Source: Escherichia coli (lineage in GTDB: Bacteria > Pseudomonadota > Gammaproteobacteria > Enterobacterales > Enterobacteriaceae). Taken from it: 64,000 nucleotides of DNA. Location: NCBI RefSeq assembly GCF_009931435.1, contig NZ_CP043414.1. One strand, written 5' to 3'. Under the pieces are notes generated by a model. The model was not told the DNA's origin. It saw nothing but the letters and a program-made list of their open reading frames with translations, and did not search any database. Shown one piece after another: positions 20,240 to 34,139 of the stretch. A program made the translations under genes and the position numbers. How positions within the stretch are numbered: the first letter of the stretch is position 1; each line of letters opens with the position of its first letter.

Positions 20240-20986
20240 ATGAGCCAATATCTGATTTTTCAGCTTCATGGGCCAATGGCATCCTGGGGCGTTGATGCAC
20301 CCGGTGAGGTGCGTCATACCCATGAACTGCCTTCGCGTTCAGCATTGCTGGGGCTGCTGGCTGCCGGGTTAGGGATACGGCGTGATGACACCGAATGCTT
20401 AAACGCGTTTAATCGCCACTATTCACTGGTGGTTTGCGCCAGCCGTAACCCGCGCTGGGCACGGGATTATCACACGGTCCAGATGCCAAAAGAGGTGCGT
20501 AAAGCGCGTTATTTCAGCCGTCGCGAAGAGTTGAGCGACCCTGATCTTCTAAGCGCGATTATCTCCCGGCGCGACTACTACACCGATGCCTGGTGGATGG
20601 TGGCCGTGGCAACAACAGCTGATGCGCCTTACAGCCTCGAACAGTTGCAGGAAGGTTTACGCCATCCGGTTTTTCCGCTTTATCTGGGGCGAAAAAGCCA
20701 TCCGCTGGCGTTACCCCTTGCGCCGTTACTGCTCGAAGGCAACGCGTCTGATGCCTTACGTACCGCATATCAACAGTATCAGGATCGTTTCCACGAACTA
20801 AAAGTCTCACTCCCGAAACTTCAGGATGAATGCTGGTGGGAAGGGGAACACGACGGCCTGGTCGCGAGCAAAATATTACGCCGCCGGGATGTTCCTTTAA
20901 ATCGTCAGCAGTGGCTGTTTGGGGAACGCACTGTCAATCAGGGGCCGTGGCTCAGCAAGGAGGAACCATGTACCTCTCAAGAATAA
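20240..20986 (+). CDS. casD: Type I-E Cascade subunit Cas5e/CasD
   Basis: ORF track; ...LHGPMASWG...SALLGLLAAGLGIRRDD... matches the Cas5e pattern. Confidence 0.85.
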   Translation: MSQYLIFQLHGPMASWGVDAPGEVRHTHELPSRSALLGLLAAGLGIRRDDTECLNAFNRHYSLVVCASRNPRWARDYHTVQMPKEVRKARYFSRREELSDPDLLSAIISRRDYYTDAWWMVAVATTADAPYSLEQLQEGLRHPVFPLYLGRKSHPLALPLAPLLLEGNASDALRTAYQQYQDRFHELKVSLPKLQDECWWEGEHDGLVASKILRRRDVPLNRQQWLFGERTVNQGPWLSKEEPCTSQE

Positions 20987-21614
20987 CCTTACATACCGGC
21001 CAGCTTTCCCCAGCGCAGTTGCTGCATCTGGTGGATCGCGGTGAATATGTGATGCATCAGTGGCTGTGGGATCTTTTCCCTGGCGGCAAAGAAAGGCAAT
21101 TTCTTTATCGTCGGGAAGAACTCCAGGGCGCGTTTCGCTTTTTTGTCCTGTCGCAGGAACGCCCGGCGGAAAGTGAAACGTTCACCATCGAATGCCGGTC
21201 ATTTGCGCCGGAGCTGCGTACCGGACAATCCCTTTTTTTCAACCTGCGAGCGAATCCAACAGTCTGTAAAGCGGGTAAGCGCCACGATCTGCTGATGGAG
21301 GCGAAACGGCAGGTGAGGGGGCAGGCGGAAGGAAGTGATGTCTGGTTGCATCAACAACAGGCGGCGCTGGGCTGGCTGGCTGCGCAGGGAGAGAGAAGTG
21401 GTTTTACACTGCTGGATACCTCGGTCGATGCCTACCGACAACAGCAACTGCGGCGGGAAAATGCCCGGCAACTGATCCAGTTCAGTAGCGTGGATTATAC
21501 GGGGATGCTGACGGTCACCGAGCCAGGGTTATTTCTGCAACGTCTCTGCCTGGGGTATGGCAAAAGCCGGGCGTTCGGCTGTGGTCTGATGTTAATCAAA
21601 CCCGGAGCAGAGGC

Positions 21615-21618
<4 letters not shown>
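20968..21618 (+). CDS. casE: CRISPR repeat endoribonuclease Cas6e/CasE (216 aa)
   Basis: ORF-track frame 20830..21618; start taken at ATG 20968 (MYLSRITL...) behind AAGGAGG, overlapping the casD 3-prime end. C-terminal GKSRAFGCGLM motif. Confidence 0.85.
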
Positions 21619-22828
<1,210 letters not shown>

Positions 22829-22924
22829 GTTACCCGTTCTTTAAAAATAAGGAAATGTTTGAATTTAGTTGGTAGATTGTTGATGTGGAATAAAATTGTT
22901 TAAAAACAGATACGTATGCTTAGT
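22829..22924 (+). promoter_or_regulatory. CRISPR leader (AT-rich, between cas2 and first repeat)
   Basis: About 96 bp of AT-rich sequence between the cas2 stop and repeat 1; position and composition fit a type I-E leader carrying the array promoter. Confidence 0.6.
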
Positions 22925-24051
22925 GTGTTCCCCGCGCCAGCGGGGATAAACCGTGGATTATGACGCCAGAGAGCTTCCTGTTTGCGTGTTCCCCGCGCCA
23001 GCGGGGATAAACCGCTGGCTAATAACATCCCACTGAATATTATTTCGTGTTCCCCGCGCCAGCGGGGATAAACCGAGGTGTGGCATGCGGGGAATTATGA
23101 TCCGGTAGTGTTCCCCGCGCCAGCGGGGATAAACCGTGACAACGGCCGGCCGCTCTTTTTGCGGTCATGTGTTCCCCGCGCCAGCGGGGATAAACCGATC
23201 ATCGGCATCATCTCGTGATACTCATCCGGCGTGTTCCCCGCGCCAGCGGGGATAAACCGCCCAGGCTTTACGTGAGCTGGCGGATGTGGCCGTGTTCCCC
23301 GCGCCAGCGGGGATAAACCATACGGTCAAGCGATATCAGGGGTACTGTGTCGTGTTCCCCGCGCCAGCGGGGATAAACCGGGCGCCGCATCTTTATCGTA
23401 AAGCATGTAAAGGTGTTCCCCGCGCCAGCGGGGATAAACCGACCGCTCACACCCAGACAAGCGCCACTAACGTGTGTTCCCCGCGCCAGCGGGGATAAAC
23501 CGAACGCCGCATCAGCTAAATACGCTAAAAAAATGTGTTCCCCGCGCCAGCGGGGATAAACCGCGGCTGATACTCAGGAGCAGGCCAGAGAGCGTGTGTT
23601 CCCCGCGCCAGCGGGGATAAACCGTACCACCTGTGTATTGAGTTACGTCGCCGGGGGTGTTCCCCGCGCCAGCGGGGATAAACCGGAGCTTCATCGGTGG
23701 TTCTGGGAGCAACGGGAGTGTTCCCCGCGCCAGCGGGGATAAACCGGCACAAGTGACTACATCAAGGATGGGGAATGGGTGTTCCCCGCGCCAGCGGGGA
23801 TAAACCGATTAACATTGCAATTGAATTGACGCGTATGAGGTGTTCCCCGCGCCAGCGGGGATAAACCGCAGGCAGCACGGCGGGTTTTGCCCGGATATTT
23901 GTGTTCCCCGCGCCAGCGGGGATAAACCGCAAAACCAATAGGTGCTTTCCACATTGCAGAAGTGTTCCCCGCGCCAGCGGGGATAAACCGCTCTCGGTTC
24001 TGGGGTACTGTTACCCATAACTGAGCTCCCCCGCGTCAGCGGGGGAACTCC
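22925..24051 (+). CRISPR. Type I-E CRISPR array: 19 repeats (18 canonical plus one degenerate terminal repeat), 18 spacers
   Basis: 29-nt repeat gtgttccccgcgccagcggggataaaccg at a 61-nt period from 22925; spacers 31-33 nt. Terminal repeat gagctcccccgcgtcagcgggggaactcc is degenerate; one internal repeat near 23292 ends in A instead of G. Confidence 0.95.
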
Positions 24052-24072
24052 CAGCTCCCATTTTCAAACGCC

Positions 24073-25110
24073 TCATGACGCCTTCACCAGCTCCTTCACC
24101 AGCGGTAGCATTATCCGCATAACGTCACGGCAGCGACGTTCTATTCTTCCAGGAAGCGCCTTATCAATATGCTGTTGATTATCAAGCCTTACATCATGCC
24201 AGCTATTTCCCGCCGGGAAGGCCGGTGTTTTTGCGCGTTGCTGATAACCATCCTTATTTCCAAGATTCCAGTTGGTCGCCTCCACCGAAAGTACCGCAAT
24301 ACCGGCTTTGTCGAAAACTTCTGCATCATTACAACACCCGGTGCCTTTCGGATAGTTTTTATTCAAACCTGGATTTGTTGTCGCTGCAATCCCATGATTA
24401 CGCGCAATTGCCAGCGCTCGATCACGGGTTAATTTCCTGACAGCCTCTGGTGTATTTACACCACTATTAAAATACAATTTATCGCCAACAATTAAGTTAT
24501 CGAGATTAATCACCAGCAGCGTATTTTTCTTTTCGGTGTCACTCATCCGTTTGAGTAAATTCTCAGCGCCTAATTTTCCTTCCTCTTCGCCGCTGGTCGC
24601 CACAAATCGAATACCATACTCGGTAGGCGTATTTTTCAGGCGTTCAGCCAGTTCCAGCATGACACCTAAACCTGCGGCGTTATCATCCATTCCTTGTAAC
24701 GTTAGCCCGCCGAGATTGGCATCGGCGTCAGCATCGCTCAGCGGGGCGTAAGTATCCAGATGCGCCATAATGATGATCTGCTGCGGCGCTTTGCCTTCAT
24801 GAGCGGCAATCACCGTACTTCCCGTCACGTTATGCCAGCTCTTGCGATTATCGCGGGCGGTGTAAATATATCGGCTATTAAATGTCCGAATATCACTGCG
24901 ATAACCCATCTGTTGAAACTGTTGGCGAATATAATCGGCAGATAACATTTCTGCAGGAGTTCCGGTCATGCGTCCCGGAAAGAAAGTAGCAATATGTCGT
25001 GCCTGTGTATTAGCAAAATCACCAGGTTTAGGTGACGAGGCGTGTACGGGGAGAATAAAGCATACGCCGAGCGCCAGGGCAGCGGTACGGTGGCGCAATG
25101 CGGAAAACAT
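24073..25110 (-). CDS. iap: Alkaline phosphatase isozyme conversion aminopeptidase
   Basis: ORF track; 345 aa with N-terminal signal peptide (MFSALRHRTAALALGVCFILPVHA) and M28-peptidase-like body. Confidence 0.9.
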   Translation of the reverse strand: MFSALRHRTAALALGVCFILPVHASSPKPGDFANTQARHIATFFPGRMTGTPAEMLSADYIRQQFQQMGYRSDIRTFNSRYIYTARDNRKSWHNVTGSTVIAAHEGKAPQQIIIMAHLDTYAPLSDADADANLGGLTLQGMDDNAAGLGVMLELAERLKNTPTEYGIRFVATSGEEEGKLGAENLLKRMSDTEKKNTLLVINLDNLIVGDKLYFNSGVNTPEAVRKLTRDRALAIARNHGIAATTNPGLNKNYPKGTGCCNDAEVFDKAGIAVLSVEATNWNLGNKDGYQQRAKTPAFPAGNSWHDVRLDNQQHIDKALPGRIERRCRDVMRIMLPLVKELVKAS

Positions 25111-25361
25111 AGTGAGTCCTTAAATACCATGCAAATTTTTTTACCGCCATAGTATGAAACTGCCGCTGCGCTAAAACAATTTCAAATCTTCCTAAACGCC
25201 CGAAATCCGGTGCCTTAAGCACTTTTTGATATTAGCTTTGCCAAATCGTTATTCCGTTAAGGAACTACTCATTCTAATTGGTAATTTCATTCGTTCTCTT
25301 ACGCTCCCTATAGTCGAAACATCTGATGGCAAGAAAATAGCGGTATTGCAAAGGAACGGTT

Positions 25362-26270
25362 ATGGATCAAAAACGACTTACTCACCTGCGGCAACTGGAG
25401 GCGGAAAGCATCCACATTATTCGCGAGGTGGCGGCAGAATTCTCAAATCCGGTGATGCTCTACTCTATCGGTAAAGATTCCAGCGTCATGCTGCATCTGG
25501 CGCGCAAGGCGTTTTATCCGGGTACGCTGCCTTTCCCTCTGCTGCATGTTGATACTGGCTGGAAATTCCGCGAGATGTATGAGTTTCGCGATCGTACGGC
25601 TAAAGCCTATGGCTGCGAGTTGCTGGTGCATAAAAACCCGGAAGGCGTGGCGATGGGGATTAATCCATTCGTACACGGCAGCGCAAAACATACCGATATT
25701 ATGAAAACCGAAGGTTTGAAGCAGGCGTTGAACAAGTACGGTTTTGATGCCGCCTTCGGTGGCGCACGTCGTGACGAAGAGAAATCCCGCGCTAAAGAGC
25801 GTATCTACTCTTTCCGTGATCGCTTCCATCGCTGGGACCCGAAAAATCAGCGCCCGGAACTGTGGCACAACTACAACGGGCAAATTAACAAAGGCGAAAG
25901 TATTCGTGTCTTCCCGCTCTCTAACTGGACCGAGCAGGATATCTGGCAATACATCTGGCTGGAAAATATTGACATTGTCCCACTGTATCTCGCCGCTGAA
26001 CGTCCGGTTCTGGAACGCGACGGTATGTTGATGATGATTGATGACAACCGTATCGACCTGCAACCGGGCGAAGTGATTAAAAAACGGATGGTGCGTTTCC
26101 GTACGCTGGGCTGCTGGCCGCTGACCGGCGCGGTGGAGTCAAATGCGCAAACACTGCCGGAAATCATCGAAGAGATGCTGGTTTCCACCACCAGTGAACG
26201 TCAGGGGCGCGTGATTGACCGCGACCAGGCGGGATCCATGGAGCTGAAAAAACGTCAGGGGTATTTTTAA
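25362..26270 (+). CDS. cysD: Sulfate adenylyltransferase subunit 2
   Basis: ORF track; 302 aa, PAPS-reductase-like fold ([13 protein letters not shown]). Confidence 0.95.
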   Translation: MDQKRLTHLRQLEAESIHIIREVAAEFSNPVMLYSIGKDSSVMLHLARKAFYPGTLPFPLLHVDTGWKFREMYEFRDRTAKAYGCELLVHKNPEGVAMGINPFVHGSAKHTDIMKTEGLKQALNKYGFDAAFGGARRDEEKSRAKERIYSFRDRFHRWDPKNQRPELWHNYNGQINKGESIRVFPLSNWTEQDIWQYIWLENIDIVPLYLAAERPVLERDGMLMMIDDNRIDLQPGEVIKKRMVRFRTLGCWPLTGAVESNAQTLPEIIEEMLVSTTSERQGRVIDRDQAGSMELKKRQGYF

Positions 26271-26271
26271 G

Positions 26272-27699
26272 ATGAACACCGTACTTGCACAACAAATCGC
26301 CAACGAAGGCGGCGTCGAAGCCTGGATGATTGCGCAACAACATAAAAGCCTGCTGCGTTTTCTGACCTGTGGTAGCGTCGATGACGGCAAAAGTACCCTG
26401 ATTGGTCGCCTGCTGCACGATACCCGCCAAATCTACGAAGATCAGCTCTCATCACTGCATAACGACAGTAAACGTCACGGCACCCAGGGCGAAAAACTGG
26501 ATCTGGCCCTGCTGGTGGACGGCCTGCAAGCTGAGCGTGAACAGGGCATCACCATTGATGTGGCTTACCGCTATTTCTCCACCGAGAAGCGTAAATTTAT
26601 CATTGCCGACACTCCCGGGCACGAGCAGTACACCCGCAATATGGCGACTGGCGCATCGACATGCGAACTGGCGATCTTACTGATCGATGCCCGTAAAGGC
26701 GTGCTCGATCAAACCCGTCGTCACAGTTTTATCTCCACGCTGTTGGGTATCAAACATCTGGTCGTGGCGATCAACAAAATGGATCTGGTGGGTTACAGCG
26801 AAGAGACGTTCACCCGCATTCGTGAAGATTATCTGACCTTTGCCGGGCAGCTGCCGGGTAATCTGGATATCCGCTTTGTGCCGCTCTCCGCACTGGAAGG
26901 CGACAACGTGGCTTCGCAAAGTGAAAGTATGCCGTGGTACAGCGGTCCGACACTGCTCGAAGTGCTGGAAACCGTGGAAATCCAGCGAGTGGTGGATGCT
27001 CAGCCAATGCGCTTTCCGGTGCAGTACGTTAACCGCCCGAATCTCGATTTTCGTGGCTACGCCGGAACGCTGGCATCCGGTCGCGTGGAAGTCGGGCAAC
27101 GTGTCAAAGTGCTGCCCTCTGGTGTGGAATCAAACGTCGCGCGGATCGTGACCTTTGATGGCGATCGCGAAGAAGCCTTTGCCGGAGAAGCGATCACCCT
27201 GGTGCTGACGGATGAGATCGACATCAGCCGTGGCGATCTGCTGCTGGCGGCAGACGAAGTGTTACCGGCTGTGCAGAGTGCGTCGGTGGATGTGGTGTGG
27301 ATGGCGGAACAGCCGCTTTCCCCGGGCCAGAGTTACGACATCAAAATTGCCGGTAAGAAGACGCGTGCTCGTGTTGATGGCATTCGTTATCAGGTTGATA
27401 TCAATAACCTTACCCAACGCGAAGTTGAAAACCTACCGCTGAACGGCATCGGCCTGGTAGATCTCACCTTTGACGAGCCACTGGTGTTAGATCGTTATCA
27501 GCAAAACCCGGTTACCGGTGGGCTGATTTTTATCGATCGCCTGAGTAATGTGACCGTAGGTGCCGGTATGGTGCACGAGCCAGTTAGCCAGGCAACTGCT
27601 GTGCCATCTGAATTCAGTGCATTCGAACTGGAATTGAATGCCCTGGTCCGTCGTCATTTCCCGCACTGGGGCGCTCGCGATTTACGGGGAGATAAATAA
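26272..27699 (+). CDS. cysN: Sulfate adenylyltransferase subunit 1 (GTPase)
   Basis: ORF track; G1 motif [15 protein letters not shown]. Confidence 0.95.
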   Translation: MNTVLAQQIANEGGVEAWMIAQQHKSLLRFLTCGSVDDGKSTLIGRLLHDTRQIYEDQLSSLHNDSKRHGTQGEKLDLALLVDGLQAEREQGITIDVAYRYFSTEKRKFIIADTPGHEQYTRNMATGASTCELAILLIDARKGVLDQTRRHSFISTLLGIKHLVVAINKMDLVGYSEETFTRIREDYLTFAGQLPGNLDIRFVPLSALEGDNVASQSESMPWYSGPTLLEVLETVEIQRVVDAQPMRFPVQYVNRPNLDFRGYAGTLASGRVEVGQRVKVLPSGVESNVARIVTFDGDREEAFAGEAITLVLTDEIDISRGDLLLAADEVLPAVQSASVDVVWMAEQPLSPGQSYDIKIAGKKTRARVDGIRYQVDINNLTQREVENLPLNGIGLVDLTFDEPLVLDRYQQNPVTGGLIFIDRLSNVTVGAGMVHEPVSQATAVPSEFSAFELELNALVRRHFPHWGARDLRGDK

Positions 27700-28304
27700 T
27701 GGCGCTGCATGACGAAAACGTCGTCTGGCATAGCCATCCGGTCACAGTGCAACAACGCGAGCAACACCACGGTCATCGTGGTGTTGTGTTGTGGTTTACC
27801 GGCCTATCCGGGTCCGGTAAATCCACGGTCGCCGGGGCGCTGGAGGAGGCGTTACATAACCTTGGTGTCAGTACGTATTTGCTGGATGGCGACAACGTCC
27901 GCCACGGCTTATGCAGCGATCTCGGTTTTAGCGATGCCGATCGTAAAGAGAATATCCGTCGCGTCGGTGAAGTGGCGAATTTAATGGTTGAAGCTGGACT
28001 GGTGGTGCTGACCGCTTTTATCTCGCCACACCGCGCCGAACGCCAGATGGTTCGCGAACGCGTAGGAGAAGGGCGTTTTATCGAAGTGTTTGTCGATACG
28101 CCGCTGGCGATTTGCGAGGCCCGCGATCCAAAAGGCTTATATAAGAAAGCACGTGCCGGTGAACTGCGTAACTTTACGGGAATAGATTCCGTTTACGAAG
28201 CACCTGAATCGGCAGAAATTCATCTCAATGGTGAACAATTAGTAACAAATTTGGTACAGCAATTATTAGATCTGTTGAGACAGAACGATATTATCAGATC
28301 CTGA
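27699..28304 (+). CDS. cysC: Adenylyl-sulfate (APS) kinase
   Basis: ORF track; P-loop GLSGSGKST; start overlaps the cysN stop. Confidence 0.95.
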   Translation: MALHDENVVWHSHPVTVQQREQHHGHRGVVLWFTGLSGSGKSTVAGALEEALHNLGVSTYLLDGDNVRHGLCSDLGFSDADRKENIRRVGEVANLMVEAGLVVLTAFISPHRAERQMVRERVGEGRFIEVFVDTPLAICEARDPKGLYKKARAGELRNFTGIDSVYEAPESAEIHLNGEQLVTNLVQQLLDLLRQNDIIRS

Positions 28305-28353
28305 GACACCACCGGGTTTCCATGCCCGGTCCGTCAAAGTTACAGGATCAAAT

Positions 28354-28677
28354 ATGCGTAATAGCCATAACATTACACTAACAAATAACGACAGCCTTAC
28401 TGAGGATGAAGAAACCACATGGTCACTGCCAGGTGCTGTGGTCGGTTTTGTCTCCTGGTTATTTGCGCTGGCGATGCCGATGTTGATTTATGGCTCTAAC
28501 ACGCTGTTCTTCTTTATCTACACCTGGCCTTTCTTTCTGGCACTGATGCCTGTCGCGGTGGTGGTGGGGATTGCACTGCATTCATTGATGGACGGAAAGC
28601 TACGCTACAGTATTGTTTTCACCCTGGTGACAGTCGGCATTATGTTTGGCGCACTGTTTATGTGGCTACTGGGCTAA
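28354..28677 (+). CDS. ygbE: Small inner-membrane protein (DUF3561 family, 107 aa)
   Basis: ORF track; three predicted TM helices; conserved position between cysC and ftsB. Confidence 0.8.
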   Translation: MRNSHNITLTNNDSLTEDEETTWSLPGAVVGFVSWLFALAMPMLIYGSNTLFFFIYTWPFFLALMPVAVVVGIALHSLMDGKLRYSIVFTLVTVGIMFGALFMWLLG

Positions 28678-28870
28678 TTTGTACTTTCCCGTCTCCTCTG
28701 TTCATAATTCAAACCGTAACGAATAATGAGATTATGTTCTGCACGCCCTGGGTATACGTAACAATGGACAAATGTGGTACATTTGCCCGCGTTGTCGCGG
28801 TATCCCCAACAGAGGATGTAGAGTCGTCTTCGGATGCATGGGATGATGATGCCGTTTTTCAGGGGGCAGG

Positions 28871-29182
28871 ATGGGTAAACTAACGCTGCTGTTGCTGGCT
28901 ATTCTGGTCTGGCTACAGTATTCGCTGTGGTTCGGTAAGAACGGTATACATGACTATACCCGCGTCAATGATGATGTGGCGGCACAGCAAGCTACAAACG
29001 CGAAACTTAAAGCGCGAAACGATCAACTTTTTGCCGAAATTGACGATCTCAATGGCGGCCAGGAGGCGCTCGAAGAGCGTGCGCGTAATGAACTCAGCAT
29101 GACCAGGCCGGGCGAAACTTTTTATCGTCTGGTGCCTGACGCGTCGAAACGCGCACAGTCTGCGGGGCAAAACACTCGATAA
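28871..29182 (+). CDS. ftsB: Cell division protein FtsB
   Basis: ORF track; 103 aa, N-terminal TM helix then coiled coil; AGGGGG before the ATG. Confidence 0.9.
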   Translation: MGKLTLLLLAILVWLQYSLWFGKNGIHDYTRVNDDVAAQQATNAKLKARNDQLFAEIDDLNGGQEALEERARNELSMTRPGETFYRLVPDASKRAQSAGQNTR

Positions 29183-29200
29183 ATCAGCCCGGGAATTAAC

Positions 29201-29911
29201 ATGGCAACCACTCATTTGGATGTTTGCGCCGTGGTTCCGGCGGCCGGATTTGGCCGTCGAATGCAAACGGAATGTCCTAAGCAATATCTCTCAATCGGTA
29301 ATCAAACCATTCTTGAACACTCGGTGCATGCGCTGCTGGCGCATCCCCGGGTGACTCGTGTCGTCATTGCCATAAGTCCTGGCGATAGCCGCTTTGCACA
29401 ACTTCCTCTGGCGAATCATCCGCAAATTACCGTTGTAGATGGCGGTAATGAGCGTGCCGATTCCGTGCTGGCAGGTCTGAAAGCCGCTGACGGCGCGCAG
29501 TGGGTATTGGTGCATGACGCCGCTCGTCCTTGTCTGCATCAGGATGACCTTGCGCGATTGTTGGCGTTGAGCGAAACCAGTCGCACAGGGGGGATCCTCG
29601 CCGCACCGGTGCGCGATACCATGAAACGTGCCGAACCTGGCAAAAATGCCATTGCTCATACCGTTGATCGCAACGGCTTATGGCACGCGCTGACGCCGCA
29701 ATTTTTCCCTCGTGAGCTGTTACATGACTGTCTGACGCGCGCTTTAAATGAAGGTGCGACTATTACCGACGAAGCCTCGGCGCTGGAATATTGCGGATTC
29801 CATCCGCAGTTGGTCGAAGGCCGCGCGGATAACATTAAAGTCACGCGTCCGGAAGATTTGGCACTGGCCGAGTTTTACCTCACCCGAACCATCCATCAGG
29901 AGAATACATAA
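29201..29911 (+). CDS. ispD: 2-C-methyl-D-erythritol 4-phosphate cytidylyltransferase
   Basis: ORF track; [21 protein letters not shown]... Confidence 0.95.
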   Translation: MATTHLDVCAVVPAAGFGRRMQTECPKQYLSIGNQTILEHSVHALLAHPRVTRVVIAISPGDSRFAQLPLANHPQITVVDGGNERADSVLAGLKAADGAQWVLVHDAARPCLHQDDLARLLALSETSRTGGILAAPVRDTMKRAEPGKNAIAHTVDRNGLWHALTPQFFPRELLHDCLTRALNEGATITDEASALEYCGFHPQLVEGRADNIKVTRPEDLALAEFYLTRTIHQENT

Positions 29912-30390
29912 TGCGAATTGGACACGGTTTTGACGTACACGCCTTTGGCGGTGAAGGCCCAATTATCATTGGTGGCGTACGCATTCCTTACGAAAAAGGG
30001 TTGCTGGCGCATTCTGATGGCGACGTGGCGTTACATGCGCTGACCGATGCATTGCTTGGTGCAGCGGCGTTGGGGGATATCGGCAAGCTGTTCCCGGATA
30101 CCGATCCATCATTTAAAGGGGCCGACAGCCGCGAATTGCTGCGCGAAGCCTGGCGTCGTATTCAGGCGAAGGGGTATACCCTCGGTAACGTCGATGTCAC
30201 TATCATCGCTCAGGCACCGAAGATGTTGCCGCATATTCCACAAATGCGCGTGTTTATTGCCGAAGATCTCGGCTGCCATATGGATGATGTTAACGTGAAA
30301 GCCACTACTACGGAAAAATTAGGATTTACCGGGCGTGGGGAAGGGATTGCCTGTGAAGCGGTGGCGCTACTCATTAAGGCAACAAAATGA
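29911..30390 (+). CDS. ispF: 2-C-methyl-D-erythritol 2,4-cyclodiphosphate synthase
   Basis: ORF track; [14 protein letters not shown]...; start overlaps the ispD stop. Confidence 0.95.
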   Translation: MRIGHGFDVHAFGGEGPIIIGGVRIPYEKGLLAHSDGDVALHALTDALLGAAALGDIGKLFPDTDPSFKGADSRELLREAWRRIQAKGYTLGNVDVTIIAQAPKMLPHIPQMRVFIAEDLGCHMDDVNVKATTTEKLGFTGRGEGIACEAVALLIKATK

Positions 30391-31416
30391 TTGAGTTTGA
30401 TAATCTCACTTACCTCCACGGTAAACCGCAAGGTACCGGGCTGCTGAAAGCCAATCCGGAAGACTTTGTGGTGGTGGAAGATTTGGGCTTTGAGCCTGAT
30501 GGTGAAGGTGAGCATATTCTGGTTAGAATCCTCAAAAACGGCTGTAATACCCGTTTTGTGGCGGATGCACTGGCGAAATTCCTGAAAATTCATGCCCGTG
30601 AAGTCAGCTTCGCTGGGCAAAAAGACAAACATGCTGTTACGGAACAGTGGTTATGCGCTCGCGTGCCAGGCAAAGAGATGCCCGATCTCAGTGCTTTTCA
30701 ACTGGAAGGTTGTCAGGTGCTGGAGTATGCGCGGCACAAGCGTAAGCTGCGTTTAGGGGCGCTGAAAGGTAACGCTTTTACCCTGGTACTCCGCGAAGTG
30801 AGCAATCGTGATGACGTTGAACAACGTCTGATCGATATTTGCGTAAAAGGTGTACCGAACTACTTTGGTGCCCAACGTTTTGGTATTAGCGGCAGCAACT
30901 TGCAGGGTGCGCTGCGCTGGGCGCAAACCAATACTCCGGTGCGTGATCGCAATAAACGGAGTTTTTGGTTGTCGGCAGCCCGCAGTGCGTTGTTTAATCA
31001 GATTGTTGCTGAGCGCCTCAAAAAAGCAGACGTTAATCAAGTTGTTGACGGCGATGCGCTACAATTAGCCGGACGTGGCAGCTGGTTTGTTGCCTCCAAT
31101 GAAGAACTGGCGGAATTACAGCGTCGCGTCAACGATAAAGAGCTGATGATTACTGCTGCATTGCCGGGCAGTGGCGAATGGGGAACTCAGCGTGAAGCGC
31201 TGGCATTCGAACAAGCAGCTGTCGCCGAAGAAACTGAATTGCAAGCCTTACTGGTGCGCGAAAAAGTTGAAGCCGCGCGCAGAGCGATGCTGCTGTATCC
31301 GCAACAATTAAGCTGGAACTGGTGGGATGACGTCACCGTAGAAATCCGTTTCTGGCTTCCGGCAGGCAGTTTTGCGACCAGCGTTGTCAGGGAACTTATC
31401 AACACAACAGGTGATT

Positions 31417-31436
<20 letters not shown>
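30387..31436 (+). CDS. truD: tRNA pseudouridine(13) synthase
   Basis: ORF track; 349 aa; overlaps the ispF stop. Confidence 0.9.
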
Positions 31437-32798
<1,362 letters not shown>

Positions 32799-32937
32799 AA
32801 CGTGAGGAAATACCTGGATTTTTCCTGGTTATTTTGCCGCAGGTCAGCGTATCGTGAACATCTTTTCCAGTGTTCAGTATGGTGCCTTGCACGGTAATTA
32901 TGTCACTGGTTATTAACCAATTTTTCTTGGGGGATAA

Positions 32938-34077
32938 ATGAGCGCGGGAAGCCCAAAATTCACCGTTCGCCGCATTGCGGCTTTGTCACTGGTTTCGCTA
33001 TGGCTGGCAGGCTGTTCTGACACTTCAAATCCACCGGCACCGGTCAGCTCCGTTAATGGCAATGCGTCTGCAAACACCAATTCTGGTATGTTGATTACGC
33101 CGCCGCCGAAAATGGGGACGACGTCTACAACGCAGCAACCGCAAATTCAGCCGGTACAGCAGCCACAAATTCAATCTGCACAACAACCGCAAATCCAGCC
33201 GGTGCAGCCAGTTGCTCAGCCGCCGGTACAGATGGAAAACGGACGCATCGTCTACAACCGTCAGTATGGGAACATTCCGAAAGGCAGTTATAGCGGCAGT
33301 ACATACACCGTGAAAAAAGGCGACACACTTTTCTATATCGCCTGGATTACTGGCAATGATTTCCGTGACCTTGCTCAGCGCAACAATATTCAGGCACCAT
33401 ACGCGCTGAATGTAGGTCAGACCTTACAGGTGGGTAATGCTTCCGGTACGCCAATCACTGGTGGAAATGCCATTACCCAGGCCGATGCAGCAGAGCAAGG
33501 AGTTGTGATCAAGCCTGCACAAAATTCCACCGTTGCTGTTGCGTCGCAACCGACAATTACGTATTCTGAGTCTTCGGGTGAACAGAGTGCTAACAAAATG
33601 TTGCCGAACAACAAGCCAACTGGGACCACGGTCACAGCGCCTGTAACGGTACCAACAGCAAGCACAACCGAGCCGACTGTCAGCAGTACATCAACCAGTG
33701 CGCCTATCTCCACCTGGCGCTGGCCGACTGAGGGCAAAGTGATCGAAACCTTTGGTGCTTCTGAGGGGGGTAACAAGGGGATTGATATCGCAGGCAGCAA
33801 AGGACAGGCAATTATCGCGACCGCAGATGGCCGCGTTGTTTATGCCGGTAACGCGCTGCGCGGCTACGGTAATCTGATTATCATCAAACATAATGATGAT
33901 TACCTGAGTGCCTACGCCCATAACGACACAATGCTGGTCCGGGAACAACAAGAAGTGAAGGCGGGGCAAAAAATAGCGACTATGGGTAGCACCGGAACCA
34001 GTTCAACACGCTTGCATTTTGAAATTCGTTACAAGGGGAAATCCGTAAACCCGCTGCGCTATTTGCCGCAGCGATAA
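32938..34077 (+). CDS. nlpD: Murein hydrolase activator lipoprotein NlpD (LysM + M23 domains)
   Basis: ORF track; lipobox LAGC; Q/P-rich linker; LysM and C-terminal M23 domain. The rpoS promoters are known to lie within nlpD (established knowledge). Confidence 0.9.
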   Translation: MSAGSPKFTVRRIAALSLVSLWLAGCSDTSNPPAPVSSVNGNASANTNSGMLITPPPKMGTTSTTQQPQIQPVQQPQIQSAQQPQIQPVQPVAQPPVQMENGRIVYNRQYGNIPKGSYSGSTYTVKKGDTLFYIAWITGNDFRDLAQRNNIQAPYALNVGQTLQVGNASGTPITGGNAITQADAAEQGVVIKPAQNSTVAVASQPTITYSESSGEQSANKMLPNNKPTGTTVTAPVTVPTASTTEPTVSSTSTSAPISTWRWPTEGKVIETFGASEGGNKGIDIAGSKGQAIIATADGRVVYAGNALRGYGNLIIIKHNDDYLSAYAHNDTMLVREQQEVKAGQKIATMGSTGTSSTRLHFEIRYKGKSVNPLRYLPQR

Positions 34078-34139
34078 ATCGGCGGAACCAGGCTTTTGCT
34101 TGAATGTTCCGTCAAGGGATCACGGGTAGGAGCCACCTT

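Noticed and set aside
23268-24018. Six ORF-track entries of 60-75 aa on both strands inside the CRISPR array, with recurring FPAPAGI / IPAGAGNT / YPRWRGEH peptides
   Set aside because: They are translations of the 29-nt repeat in different frames; the periodic identical peptides are an array artefact, not genes.
25443-26063. 206-aa reverse ORF inside cysD
   Set aside because: Antisense to cysD; no independent support.
28662-28883. 73-aa forward ORF in the ygbE-ftsB intergenic region
   Set aside because: Overlaps the ygbE 3-prime end and the ftsB start, lacks a ribosome-binding site; the gap is more plausibly the ftsB promoter.
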